Origin: Chthoniobacterales bacterium
GTDB lineage: Bacteria > Verrucomicrobiota > Verrucomicrobiia > Chthoniobacterales > JAFAMB01
Assembly: GCA_035710445.1 (NCBI GenBank)
Contig: DASTDH010000409.1
Coordinates: 1 to 45,022, forward strand
Direction of reading: 5' to 3'
DNA length: 45,022 bases
In this document: piece by piece, positions 33,216-41,640 of the stretch
How positions within the stretch are numbered: position 1 is the first letter of the stretch
Layout of the letters: the number at the start of each line of letters is the position of its first letter
Translations under genes and position numbers: made by a program
The notes under the pieces: model-generated
Told to the model about the DNA's origin: nothing
Database searches by the model: none
Seen by the model: only the letters and a program-made list of their open reading frames with translations

Positions 33216-34943
33216 GTGCGACGGCCTCGGCACCGCATGGCCACGCGAGCCAATCAGAAAATCAAAATCGGCACCGAGATTAGCTTGCATCACGCGTTCG
33301 CAGTACAAGCGCTGATAGCCGCCCGAAGGCAGCTCCGGTGGAACCCATGCGCTTCGTCGCCGTTGCAATTCGGCCTCGTCTACCTGCAAATGAAGAATCC
33401 GTTTCTCAACGTCCACCTCGATGATATCGCCATCCTGCACGAAAGCGAGCGATCCTCCTACTGCCGCTTCCGGTGCGCAATGCAAGATTACGGTGCCATA
33501 AGCGGTCCCGCTCATGCGCGCATCGGATATTCGGATCATGTCAGTGATTCCGCGTTTGAGTAGCGCCGGTGGAAGTCCCATGTTGCCGACCTCGGCCATC
33601 CCGGGATAACCGCGCGGCCCGCAATTCTTCAAAACCAGAATCGAATTTTCGTCGGCCTCCAAATCAGGATCATTGATCCGCTCATGGTAATGTTCAATGT
33701 TTTCGAAGACGATTGCTCTGCCGGTATGCTTCAGCAGATGCGGGCTGGCGGCTGACGGTTTAACCACTGCCCCGTCCGGAGCCAGATTCCCTCGTAGTAC
33801 CGCAACGCCACCGGAACGAACCAGCGGCTTGGATAACGGCCGAATCACTTCCGAATCGTAACATTCCGCATTCCGAATATTCTCCCAAACGGTATTGCCG
33901 CTTACGGTCTTAATCGAAGTGTGCAAAAGCCCAGCCTCCGCCAGTCTGCGCATCACCACGGGAAGACCTCCCGCGTAATAAAAATCCTCCATCAGAAAAC
34001 GTCCGGAAGGCATCAAATCCACAATGGTCGGAACCTCACGGCCAAGTTTGTCCCAGTCATCCAGAGTTACTTTAACCCCAAGTCTGCCGGCAATCGCAAG
34101 GAGATGAATGACGCCGTTAGTCGATCCTCCCACTGCGCCATTGACCCGAATCGCGTTTTCGAATGCCTCACGGATGAGAACCTTAGAGAGTCGCTGATCT
34201 TCCTGCACCATCTCGACGATGCGGCGGCCCGCCATCTGTGCCAGGACACCCCGCCTGGAATCAACCGCAGGAATCGCTGCATTGTGAGGCAGCGCCACTC
34301 CGAGCGCCTCGACCATAGACGCCATGGTGGATGCCGTCCCCATAGTCATACAATGACCCGCACTCCGGGACATGCAGGCTTCCGCCTCCGAAAATTCGCA
34401 CATCGTCATCTGGCCGGCACGAACCGCCTCGGAGAACTGCCAAACGCTGGTTCCGGACCCGATCGTTTGCCCCTTGAATCGACCGTTTAGCATCGGTCCG
34501 CCCGACACCACGATGCTCGGCAGATCGCAGCTGGCCGCTCCCATCAGCAATGCGGGCGTGGTCTTGTCGCAGCCGGTAAGTAGAACCACCCCATCGATCG
34601 GATTCCCGCGAATCGACTCCTCTACGTCCATGCTCACCAAGTTCCGAAACAGCATCGCCGTAGGTCGCAGGTTCGATTCACCCAGCGACATCACCGGAAA
34701 TTCAAACGCCACGCCGCCCGCTTGCAGGACCCCTTGCTTCACCTTGTCGGCCAGCCCGCGAAAATGTGCATTGCAGGGCGTAAGCTCCGAATAGGTATTA
34801 CAAATGCCGATAACCGGTCGCCCGTCGAAAACATCGTCCGGCAATCCCTGGTTCCGCATCCAGCTCCGATGAATGAAAACATCGCGACTGGTCCCTCCGA
34901 ACCAAGCCTGGGACCGAAGCGATCCGTTTGATTGCTCTATCAT
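33213..34943 (-). CDS. IlvD/Edd-family sugar-acid dehydratase (pentonate dehydratase, XylD / L-arabonate dehydratase-like)
   Basis: About 576 aa. The sequence reads LRSQAWFGG...NQGLP...GRPVIGICNT.SELTPCN.H...CDKTTPALLMGA...CMTMGTASTM. The track ORF starts at GTG 34952; ATG 34943 is the likelier start. Confidence 0.88.
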   Translation of the reverse strand: MIEQSNGSLRSQAWFGGTSRDVFIHRSWMRNQGLPDDVFDGRPVIGICNTYSELTPCNAHFRGLADKVKQGVLQAGGVAFEFPVMSLGESNLRPTAMLFRNLVSMDVEESIRGNPIDGVVLLTGCDKTTPALLMGAASCDLPSIVVSGGPMLNGRFKGQTIGSGTSVWQFSEAVRAGQMTMCEFSEAEACMSRSAGHCMTMGTASTMASMVEALGVALPHNAAIPAVDSRRGVLAQMAGRRIVEMVQEDQRLSKVLIREAFENAIRVNGAVGGSTNGVIHLLAIAGRLGVKVTLDDWDKLGREVPTIVDLMPSGRFLMEDFYYAGGLPVVMRRLAEAGLLHTSIKTVSGNTVWENIRNAECYDSEVIRPLSKPLVRSGGVAVLRGNLAPDGAVVKPSAASPHLLKHTGRAIVFENIEHYHERINDPDLEADENSILVLKNCGPRGYPGMAEVGNMGLPPALLKRGITDMIRISDARMSGTAYGTVILHCAPEAAVGGSLAFVQDGDIIEVDVEKRILHLQVDEAELQRRRSAWVPPELPSGGYQRLYCERVMQANLGADFDFLIGSRGHAVPRPSH

Positions 34944-35024
34944 CGAAGGCACCTCTCAAAACTTAATTTAGATTCGTCCATAATAATCACCTCAACTCGC
35001 TGACTCATAGCTACTTATAACCAG

Positions 35025-35084
35025 TCACTCATCAAGAAGCACCAATCACCAGTCACCGTTTACTGCTTACCTCTCACCGCTCAC
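35025..35084 (-). repeat. heptad stop-triplet array H6 (minus strand: TGA GCGGTGAGA GGTAAGC AGTAAAC GGTGACT GGTGATT GGTGCTT CTTGATG AGTGACT)
   Basis: On the plus strand, TCAC/TTAC occurs at 35046, 35053, 35060, 35067, 35074 and 35081, an exact 7-nt period. Position 35081 is the genuine permease stop. Degenerate units continue in register to 35025. Confidence 0.75.
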
Positions 35085-36034
35085 TGTTCCGCACGCTCCC
35101 GTCCGTAAGCCAACAGCATAGCGATGATCACAACGCCGTAAATGATTTGCCGACCAGCCTCCGGCATCTGCACCACCGATAATATCGATTGTAGAAGGGT
35201 AATCAAAATTACGCCGGCGACCGTACCGAGAAACGTGCCGCGCCCACCAAGAATCCTGGTCCCGCCCAAGACAACAGCCGCAATCGCTGGAAGAAGATAA
35301 GGATCTCCCATCGCCTGGTAAGCATGAGTAGAGTAGCCGGCCAGGAGGACGCCGGAAAGCGCGGAGCAGGATCCGGATATGGCAAAGCAAACTAGAACTA
35401 TGCGGCGCGTGTCGACCCCGGACAGATAAACTGCCGATTCACGGTTACCGATCGCATAAACTCGCCGACCAAAGACGGTTCGGGTCAACAATATAATAAC
35501 GATGAGGGCGACCGTCCCCCACACCCAAAGCGCATTGGGAACCCCGAAGAAAGATCGCCCAACGGCGATCATATGCATGGTCGCGGTAGCGCGATCTTGC
35601 GGAGCGTAACCACTTGTATGAACGATCATCAATCCCTGGGCCAAGACGTTGGTACCAAGCGTGAAGATCATCGACGGCACACGGAGATACGCAACCCCTA
35701 CGCCGTTTACCAGACCGACGCAGAGACCGCACGCGATGCCGATTGGGATGGCCAGTGTCGTTCCTATTTGGCCCCAACCGCCTGCGGTGGTTGACATCAT
35801 GCCACCGATCGTCACAACCCATGGGATCGAGAGATCAATTTGGCCAAGTAAAATGATCAGCATAAGGCCGGAGGCGATGATACCGAGAAACGAAGCCACC
35901 TGCAGTTGCTGCAAGAGATACTCTGGGGAAAGAAAATTGGACGAATAGAATGAACCCACCACCAGTAGAGCAATAATACAGCCGAAGACGGCCAGCACGA
36001 TTGGATCAATACGTTTCAATATCCGGGCCTGCAT
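35081..36034 (-). CDS. sugar ABC transporter permease (RbsC/XylH-type, CUT2)
   Basis: 317 aa and polytopic. It carries the family pattern LLGQIDLSI.WV......VGLVNG..VAYLRVPS.I.TLGT. The gene starts 6 nt after the preceding gene's stop. Confidence 0.85.
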   Translation of the reverse strand: MQARILKRIDPIVLAVFGCIIALLVVGSFYSSNFLSPEYLLQQLQVASFLGIIASGLMLIILLGQIDLSIPWVVTIGGMMSTTAGGWGQIGTTLAIPIGIACGLCVGLVNGVGVAYLRVPSMIFTLGTNVLAQGLMIVHTSGYAPQDRATATMHMIAVGRSFFGVPNALWVWGTVALIVIILLTRTVFGRRVYAIGNRESAVYLSGVDTRRIVLVCFAISGSCSALSGVLLAGYSTHAYQAMGDPYLLPAIAAVVLGGTRILGGRGTFLGTVAGVILITLLQSILSVVQMPEAGRQIIYGVVIIAMLLAYGRERAEQ

Positions 36035-36040
36035 TGCCTG

Positions 36041-38815
36041 TTAGCCTCCGAGGTAAATATCAAGCCTATTCTTGACCCGAAGCAGTCGGAAGGAACTGAG
36101 ACTAACTGCCGCCAGCAGAACGACACCGAGGTACAGCGGTTGCCAAAGGGGATCGAGGTCGAAGGTGATGAGCAGATCGCCGATGGTTCTTAGTACGAAA
36201 GCGCCAAAGATCGAGCCGATGGCTCCGCCTGAGCCGCCGAAAAGAGACGTTCCCCCGAGCACGACCGCAGCGATCGAATTCAGAGTATAGGTGCTGCCAA
36301 GAACGGTGTTCGCTTCGCCGGAATAGGTAATGCAGGTCAAAAGTAGCCCGGCCATCGAGGCCAGGACACCCGCCATGAGATAAGCGAAAAACTTCGCTCG
36401 TCCAATTGGAATACCCGACATAAAGGCGGCCTGTTCCGAAGAACCTACGGCGTACGCTGCACGACCCAGGACGGAATGCTTGTAAGGGAGCCAAAAGAGG
36501 AAGACCACACCCAGCAGGAGAAGCAGAGTTACCGGAATGCCACCGGGCAATGATCCAACTACGGCGTCAGCAAAATCGGTGTTGATCGTGCCGCCCGGAG
36601 CAGGCCTCAACCAAAGGGCAAAACCAAAATAGATCGCTCCGGTAGCAATCGTCGCGATGATTGGCTGCAACCGGCCAAACACGACGATTGCGCCATTGAT
36701 CGCGCCACAGACGGTTCCAACCAGAAGGACCCCGAACACTCCAAACGCCGTTTCGAGGGGTGAGCCGGCTACGAGGGTTGAGGCGAGGCAGTTTGCCAGT
36801 ACAAACACCATACCAACGGAAAGGTCGAGGCCTGCGGTAAGGATCGGGATAGTTTGCGCCATCGCTACGAGAGCGAGGAGCACTCCTTTGTTGGCTGCCG
36901 TATTGAGAATTCTCGCGCTAAAACCGCCCGGATGTTTGGCTACGTATAGTGTGAACATCACGAGGAAGAGCGCTACCGCGAAAAGAATTCGGCGTTGAGC
37001 CGCAACCTGAAAACGCCAGTCGGGTTTACGTTTCCCTGGCTTGGAAGGGATCGCAGCCTGCTCGATATAGCCGGACTGAAGACTTGTGGGCTGTCCTCCT
37101 GCACTCGGCTGCGTCAGATCCCCGCGATCCGCCGTACCCGCAATCCGTGGCTGACGAGGATCCGGCGCCGCTGATGGGATGGACTCCAAGGTTGGTGAAT
37201 CGACAGATATGTCGGACGGGCGCGGTCGTTCCCTAGGTTCTACCGACCGCATCTCGATTAACGCCGTCGATGTTTTGCTCTGCGCCTCCGTCACCGGCAG
37301 ATTGAGAGCACTTGCGACCAGATTGCGTTCGGTGATCGCCTCCCCTTCGAGAGTTCGCACTAAACCGCCTCCATAAAGAACCAGGACCCGGTCACAACAG
37401 CCGATCAGCTCGTCATAGTCGGTGGAATAAAATAAGATGGCGGCTCCTTCGTCTGCCAGCCGCCGAAGGCTCTGATAGAGCTCCTGCTTGGTACCGACAT
37501 CGACACCGCGGGTGGGATCATTTAAGAGGATGATTCGCGGCTCGGTCATCAGCCATTTGCCAATGACTACCTTCTGTTGATTGCCGCCGGACAGAGCACC
37601 GACCGGACCTTCAATACCGTCACAGCGAATATTCAGGCGCAGGATGATCTCGTTGATTGCTTTCTCTTCGGTACCGCGCTGGATCAGTCCGAAACGACAA
37701 AATCGTTCGATTGCAGCAAAAGAAAGGTTATCACGAACCGACATCGGTAGCATCAATCCCTCCGTCTTCCTGTCCTCTGGGATGAGCGCCATGCCGACTT
37801 CCTTTCTCTTGGCCACGGCGGGACTTCTTAACGTAACCGCTCTGCCGCCAACTTCGACCGTACCAGAAACACCATTTAAAACGCCGAATAAAGCCAGCAG
37901 CAATTCGTGTTGGCCCTGTCCGTCGAGTCCTCCCAGCCCGATCACTTCGCCTCGCTTGATCGACACATCGATCCCTCGCAGGCGCCCCGCCCAAGAGAGA
38001 TTCTTAACGTTGAGCATCGTCGCGCTGTCTGTCGCTCGCGCGGGTTTGGGCGGAAAAACGCTCTTGTACTCGCGTCCGATCATCATTTCCACGATCGCAT
38101 CATCGCTTTTGGTCCCAGCCCCAAACGTCGCGACATAGCTGCCGTTGCGATAAACTGTGCAGTCGTCGGCGAGCTCCGCTATCTCATGCATGCGATGCGA
38201 GATATAGACGATAGCGAGGCCTTCTGACCGAAGTTGTTTCAAGACGCGGAAAACCCTAGCCACATCGGCGGCGGTCAATGCTGATGTAGCCTCGTCCAGA
38301 ATCAGAATCTTCGGCTTGCGAGCGAGCGCTTTCGCGATCTCGACCATCTGCCGGCGCGAAAGCGGAAGATCTTTGACCAACGAAAGCGGATGAATATCCT
38401 GCGCCCCAGCTCGGGCCAGTGCTTCCTCCGCCAAGCGACGCTGAGACCGGCGATCGATTAGTCCGAGACGGACGGGCGGGCTGGTGATCGCGATATTGTC
38501 GGCCACGGATAAATCGGCGATCAGCGACAGCTCTTGGAAGATACAGGCAATGCCTGCTGCCGTCGCGGCGGCCGGTTTGTGGAAGGTGACCGGCTGGCTT
38601 TCCAGTTTCATGACACCGGAATCGGGTTGGACAACGCCAGCCATCACCTTGATTAAAGTTGATTTTCCCGCGCCGTTCTCGCCGAGAACCGCGTGAATGC
38701 GACCACGGAAACAGTCGAGGCGTGCGTCCTGGAGCGCACGGACGCCACCGTAACGCTTCGAAATCCCATCCATGCTGAAGAGTGCAGTTGCACTCGTATT
38801 TGAAACAAGTTCCAC
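36041..38815 (-). CDS. sugar ABC transporter, fused tandem-NBD ATPase + permease (RbsA/XylG-like fused to RbsC/XylH-like)
   Basis: A single 924-aa ORF. The N-terminal half has two Walker A / signature / Walker B sets (GENGAGKST...LSRRQ...ILILDEATSAL, then ...LSGGNQQKV...IILLNDPTRGVD). A P/S/R-rich linker of about 90 aa follows, then a permease domain of about 325 aa (ILTAGLDLSVG...). The start is GTG 38815, with an alternative ATG at 38773. Confidence 0.85.
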   Translation of the reverse strand: MELVSNTSATALFSMDGISKRYGGVRALQDARLDCFRGRIHAVLGENGAGKSTLIKVMAGVVQPDSGVMKLESQPVTFHKPAAATAAGIACIFQELSLIADLSVADNIAITSPPVRLGLIDRRSQRRLAEEALARAGAQDIHPLSLVKDLPLSRRQMVEIAKALARKPKILILDEATSALTAADVARVFRVLKQLRSEGLAIVYISHRMHEIAELADDCTVYRNGSYVATFGAGTKSDDAIVEMMIGREYKSVFPPKPARATDSATMLNVKNLSWAGRLRGIDVSIKRGEVIGLGGLDGQGQHELLLALFGVLNGVSGTVEVGGRAVTLRSPAVAKRKEVGMALIPEDRKTEGLMLPMSVRDNLSFAAIERFCRFGLIQRGTEEKAINEIILRLNIRCDGIEGPVGALSGGNQQKVVIGKWLMTEPRIILLNDPTRGVDVGTKQELYQSLRRLADEGAAILFYSTDYDELIGCCDRVLVLYGGGLVRTLEGEAITERNLVASALNLPVTEAQSKTSTALIEMRSVEPRERPRPSDISVDSPTLESIPSAAPDPRQPRIAGTADRGDLTQPSAGGQPTSLQSGYIEQAAIPSKPGKRKPDWRFQVAAQRRILFAVALFLVMFTLYVAKHPGGFSARILNTAANKGVLLALVAMAQTIPILTAGLDLSVGMVFVLANCLASTLVAGSPLETAFGVFGVLLVGTVCGAINGAIVVFGRLQPIIATIATGAIYFGFALWLRPAPGGTINTDFADAVVGSLPGGIPVTLLLLLGVVFLFWLPYKHSVLGRAAYAVGSSEQAAFMSGIPIGRAKFFAYLMAGVLASMAGLLLTCITYSGEANTVLGSTYTLNSIAAVVLGGTSLFGGSGGAIGSIFGAFVLRTIGDLLITFDLDPLWQPLYLGVVLLAAVSLSSFRLLRVKNRLDIYLGG

Positions 38816-39001
38816 AAAAGGTCGCGAAGGCAGATTTTTGGACAGGTGCGCACCGAGGTCCCAAAGAACGTGCTACTGACCCAGAATAGGATCAAATGGC
38901 CGTATCTTTTGAACAATGCAAGGTCCTGCTAAAAACGGAATCCCTCTTTGAGATCTTTGCGATCTCTTTGTTTAAAATCTTTCTTTCGCGGGCACCTGTT
39001 A

Positions 39002-39031
39002 GGTGCCGCCGGAGTCTCGCCCCGCGGCACC
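39002..39031 (-). terminator. 8-bp GC hairpin just downstream of the SBP gene (possible intra-operon attenuator or mRNA stabiliser)
   Basis: GGTGCCGC (39002-09) pairs with GCGGCACC (39024-31) across a 14-nt loop. It lies 18 nt after the SBP stop on the minus strand. There is no clear U-tract. Confidence 0.35.
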
Positions 39032-39048
39032 GATACCACCACGACAAC

Positions 39049-40209
39049 TCACTGATTGGCCTCAGTCTTGCCCATTATCTCCTCCGCGGTGAAGCCGATG
39101 TTGCAGGCCGGAAAGGAGTTTCCGACGAAGAAGTTGTCTTGGAGGTTGGGATAATAGTCTTGACCTTCTTTCATGTTTGGCCATTCGACATACGAAACCG
39201 GCAAACTGATCGATTGCGGAACTGAGTTGCCTTGAAGTGCTGAGATGGCTGCCTTAAGGGTTACCGCAACCTGAGCCGGGCCGGTACCGCTCGAAGAGCC
39301 ATGCAAACCTTGGTCAGCGTACTTCGCGCACAACTTGCGATACCCGTTTTCCGTTTCGCCGGATACCGGAATCATTGGATGATGCGCATCAATCAGTGCT
39401 TGAACCGTGCCGGTGGAGCCGCCCTGGGTGTATACGCCCGCGAACTGCTTATGCACCGCAATCGCATCGGCGGTGACCTTCTGAGCCGTCCCATCATCCC
39501 ATTTGCCGACCACCTCGATCACTTCGAATTTTTTGCCCGACTTATCAAGCACCTCATGGAAACCGTTATGCCGGTCACGGTCGACCGAATTGCCCGATGG
39601 TCCACGTACCTCAAGAATCTTGCCACTGTCCGCCTTGATTTCCTTCAAGAGCCAACGAGCAGCTAAACGACCGAGTTCGGTTTGGTCAACATTGACGGTA
39701 ATTGCATCTGGTGACTCGATGACGTTATCAAACGACAGAAGCACGACGCCTGCCGCATTGGCTCTTTTAACCACAGGCGCGAAAGCAGCAGGATTGAGCG
39801 CGTTGACAATCACTGCATCGTAGCCGGAGTCGATGAAGTTATTGGCTGCGGCAATCTGGGCAGCAAGATCTTCACCGGTCGAGACTACCTTGAATTCCTT
39901 TAGTTGGCTCTTTACGTCTGCCTTTTCGGCGTAGGCCTTGGCCGTTTTGATCATCTGGATACGCCAGGTATTTCCGATGAAGCCGTTGACTAACGCGATC
40001 CGGTAGGGTCCATCCTTTTTCGGCCATTTGAAATACTTTGTGTCCGAACTCCATGGTTTCATGCAGTCGGCATCGGCACCAGGTCCGGAGACGGTTTGCG
40101 GGCCCGCCGCAATTGCCGTCCCGGAGACGCCGTACAACAGCGACAGACCACCAATCAGGATCAGTATCCGGCCGCTGAGAAACGTATTTTTCGTCAGATT
40201 TTTTTTCAC
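39049..40209 (-). CDS. sugar ABC transporter periplasmic substrate-binding protein (Peripla_BP_4, ribose/xylose/arabinose type)
   Basis: The N-terminus is signal-like (MKKNLTKNTFLSGRILILIGGLSLLYGVSGTAIAAG). The sequence then reads YRIALVNGFIGNTWR...GYDAVIVNALNP...VVLLSFDN. It has a GTG start and is the first gene of the minus-strand operon. Confidence 0.85.
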   Translation of the reverse strand: MKKNLTKNTFLSGRILILIGGLSLLYGVSGTAIAAGPQTVSGPGADADCMKPWSSDTKYFKWPKKDGPYRIALVNGFIGNTWRIQMIKTAKAYAEKADVKSQLKEFKVVSTGEDLAAQIAAANNFIDSGYDAVIVNALNPAAFAPVVKRANAAGVVLLSFDNVIESPDAITVNVDQTELGRLAARWLLKEIKADSGKILEVRGPSGNSVDRDRHNGFHEVLDKSGKKFEVIEVVGKWDDGTAQKVTADAIAVHKQFAGVYTQGGSTGTVQALIDAHHPMIPVSGETENGYRKLCAKYADQGLHGSSSGTGPAQVAVTLKAAISALQGNSVPQSISLPVSYVEWPNMKEGQDYYPNLQDNFFVGNSFPACNIGFTAEEIMGKTEANQ

Positions 40210-40500
40210 GTGGGGGGAGCGTATGAGTTACGCTTGGAATATTAGCTTGAGCTTAGCAACATCAGCATTTCTGCCTCCCAAAATGAGGGGACAACGCAGA
40301 ACCAGGGAAGGATTTGTCTTTCCTTTTGACCGCATATAAAGCCGATGATGCTGGGGGATGCTTTATCTGGCCAGATCCGGCTGGCCGACCACCACGAACA
40401 TAGGAAACAAATTTTGCTGATGTCAATCCTTTCATATGATTTAATGAGACAATTGATATACAACCGAACATCAACCCCCAAGAAAGACATGAGGAAGCGG

Positions 40501-40716
40501 CGAATGAAACGCTAATAAAGACGAATGGAAACCGTGATCGAAACGTTCTCGATTGTCCGAAATGCTCTTGCTCTAATAGCCTGTGATTTCCCAATTCCAG
40601 AAACGAATGAGTCAACCCAAATTCGGATGCTCTCATCCTTATTCGTGTCAATTCGAGCCTGTCCGCCAAAGCTTGGACTGTCCGGCCTTGGGTTACAGTC
40701 AGCTTAGCGAAGGCGG
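40501..40716. promoter_or_regulatory. cluster of seven CGAAT/ATTCG(Y)G motifs plus an AACGTTCTCG core in the SBP/GntR divergent control region
   Basis: cgaatg occurs at 40501, 40522 and 40604; attcg at 40621, 40641, 40651 and 40711. TATTCGTGTC (40640-49) is identical to 32141-50. AACGTTCTCG (40542-51) is identical to 11031-40. Confidence 0.5.
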
Positions 40717-40761
40717 ATCCATTCGCGGTTGCTTACCTTTTGTGGCTTTTGGCGGTTGATC

Positions 40762-41640
40762 ATGAAAATCAAGCGCTCTGCCGCAACCAAAATTGTCCGT
40801 AAACGCAAACCGCGGGTTCGACAAGAAGTGGTGGCCACTCTCGCCCGTCGCATTTTATCGGGAGAAATTCCGGCCCACGAGTATCTGCCCAAAGAATCGG
40901 AACTCTGTCTTGAATACGGAGTTAGTCGCACCGTGATCCGGGAAGCGACCAAGATCCTCGAATCGAAGGGATTGCTCCGCAGTCGCAGTCGCGTTGGCAC
41001 CCAAGTGCTCGATCCAATCCGATGGAATATGCTCGATGCTGATCTGCTGGCCTGGGCAGGTTCCGAATTCCATGATCCACGATTTGTTCAGTCGCTGATG
41101 GAAGCGCGTTTTATCATCGAACCGGCAGCGGCCGAGCTGGCCGCTCAACGCGCGGTCCCGAGCGATCTGGCACGATTGGACGAGGCGTACCAGCGTATGC
41201 AGGCTTCCTTGCCGCCTAACGCTCCCCATGATGTTGCTCGATGTTCGGAGGCAGACCTGGACTTTCACACCGCGCTTCTGGTCGGCAGCCACAATCATGT
41301 GCTTATCCAACTGGCGAGCGTCATTCGCGCGGCCCTTCGCGCACTGTTTGAGCTAACCACTCACCTCGGTTCGGCTCACGAACAAGCTCTTCACCTGCAT
41401 GGTGAAGTCGTGGAAGCAATTCGTCTTCGCCGGTCGGATCTTGCCCGTGCCGCGATTCTGAAGATCCTCGACGCGGCCGTCGCTGACCTCGATCTCCCGC
41501 CATCACGTATATTGCCGGAGGCGCACCGGCCTAAACCGGTAAACCGGCAACGTCGCGATGGACGCCCGAGGATGGAACGGACACAGAAACTAGCCAAGAA
41601 AGAGCGCAGAGGTCGCAGAGGAAAAGTATTGGAAAAGTAG
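40762..41640 (+). CDS. GntR-family transcriptional regulator, FadR subfamily (FCD domain)
   Basis: ATG at 40762. The HTH is LPKESELCLEYGVSRTVIREATKILESKGLL, followed by a helical FCD-type domain (FH.AL...HN..L). The R/K-rich C-terminal tail runs into a repeat. Confidence 0.85.
   Translation: MKIKRSAATKIVRKRKPRVRQEVVATLARRILSGEIPAHEYLPKESELCLEYGVSRTVIREATKILESKGLLRSRSRVGTQVLDPIRWNMLDADLLAWAGSEFHDPRFVQSLMEARFIIEPAAAELAAQRAVPSDLARLDEAYQRMQASLPPNAPHDVARCSEADLDFHTALLVGSHNHVLIQLASVIRAALRALFELTTHLGSAHEQALHLHGEVVEAIRLRRSDLARAAILKILDAAVADLDLPPSRILPEAHRPKPVNRQRRDGRPRMERTQKLAKKERRGRRGKVLEK

Noticed and set aside
33028-35084. Possibility that the short tandem repeats (heptads, R1 copies) represent a CRISPR array
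   Set aside because: The units are 7 bp and contiguous with no spacers. The R1 copies are kilobases apart. No cas genes are present.
36072-38864. Multiple 60-200-aa ORFs on both strands within the ABC fusion gene (for example 37581..38138 and 38256..38864)
   Set aside because: All overlap a 924-aa ORF with unambiguous ABC motifs. They show Arg/Pro/Ser-rich antisense or off-frame composition.
40448-40462. ACAATTGATATACAA as a possible GntR/FadR operator
   Set aside because: Only the outer TTG/CAA positions are symmetric; the centre is not palindromic. It lacks the GT-N-AC core typical of GntR operators. The ATTCG(Y)G cluster is a better-supported candidate.
40262-40669. 135-aa minus-strand ORF in the 550-bp SBP/GntR intergenic region
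   Set aside because: It has no motifs and covers the AT-richer control region packed with ATTCG motifs. Overlapping alternative ORFs exist. Regulatory DNA is the more economical reading, although a small gene cannot be excluded.
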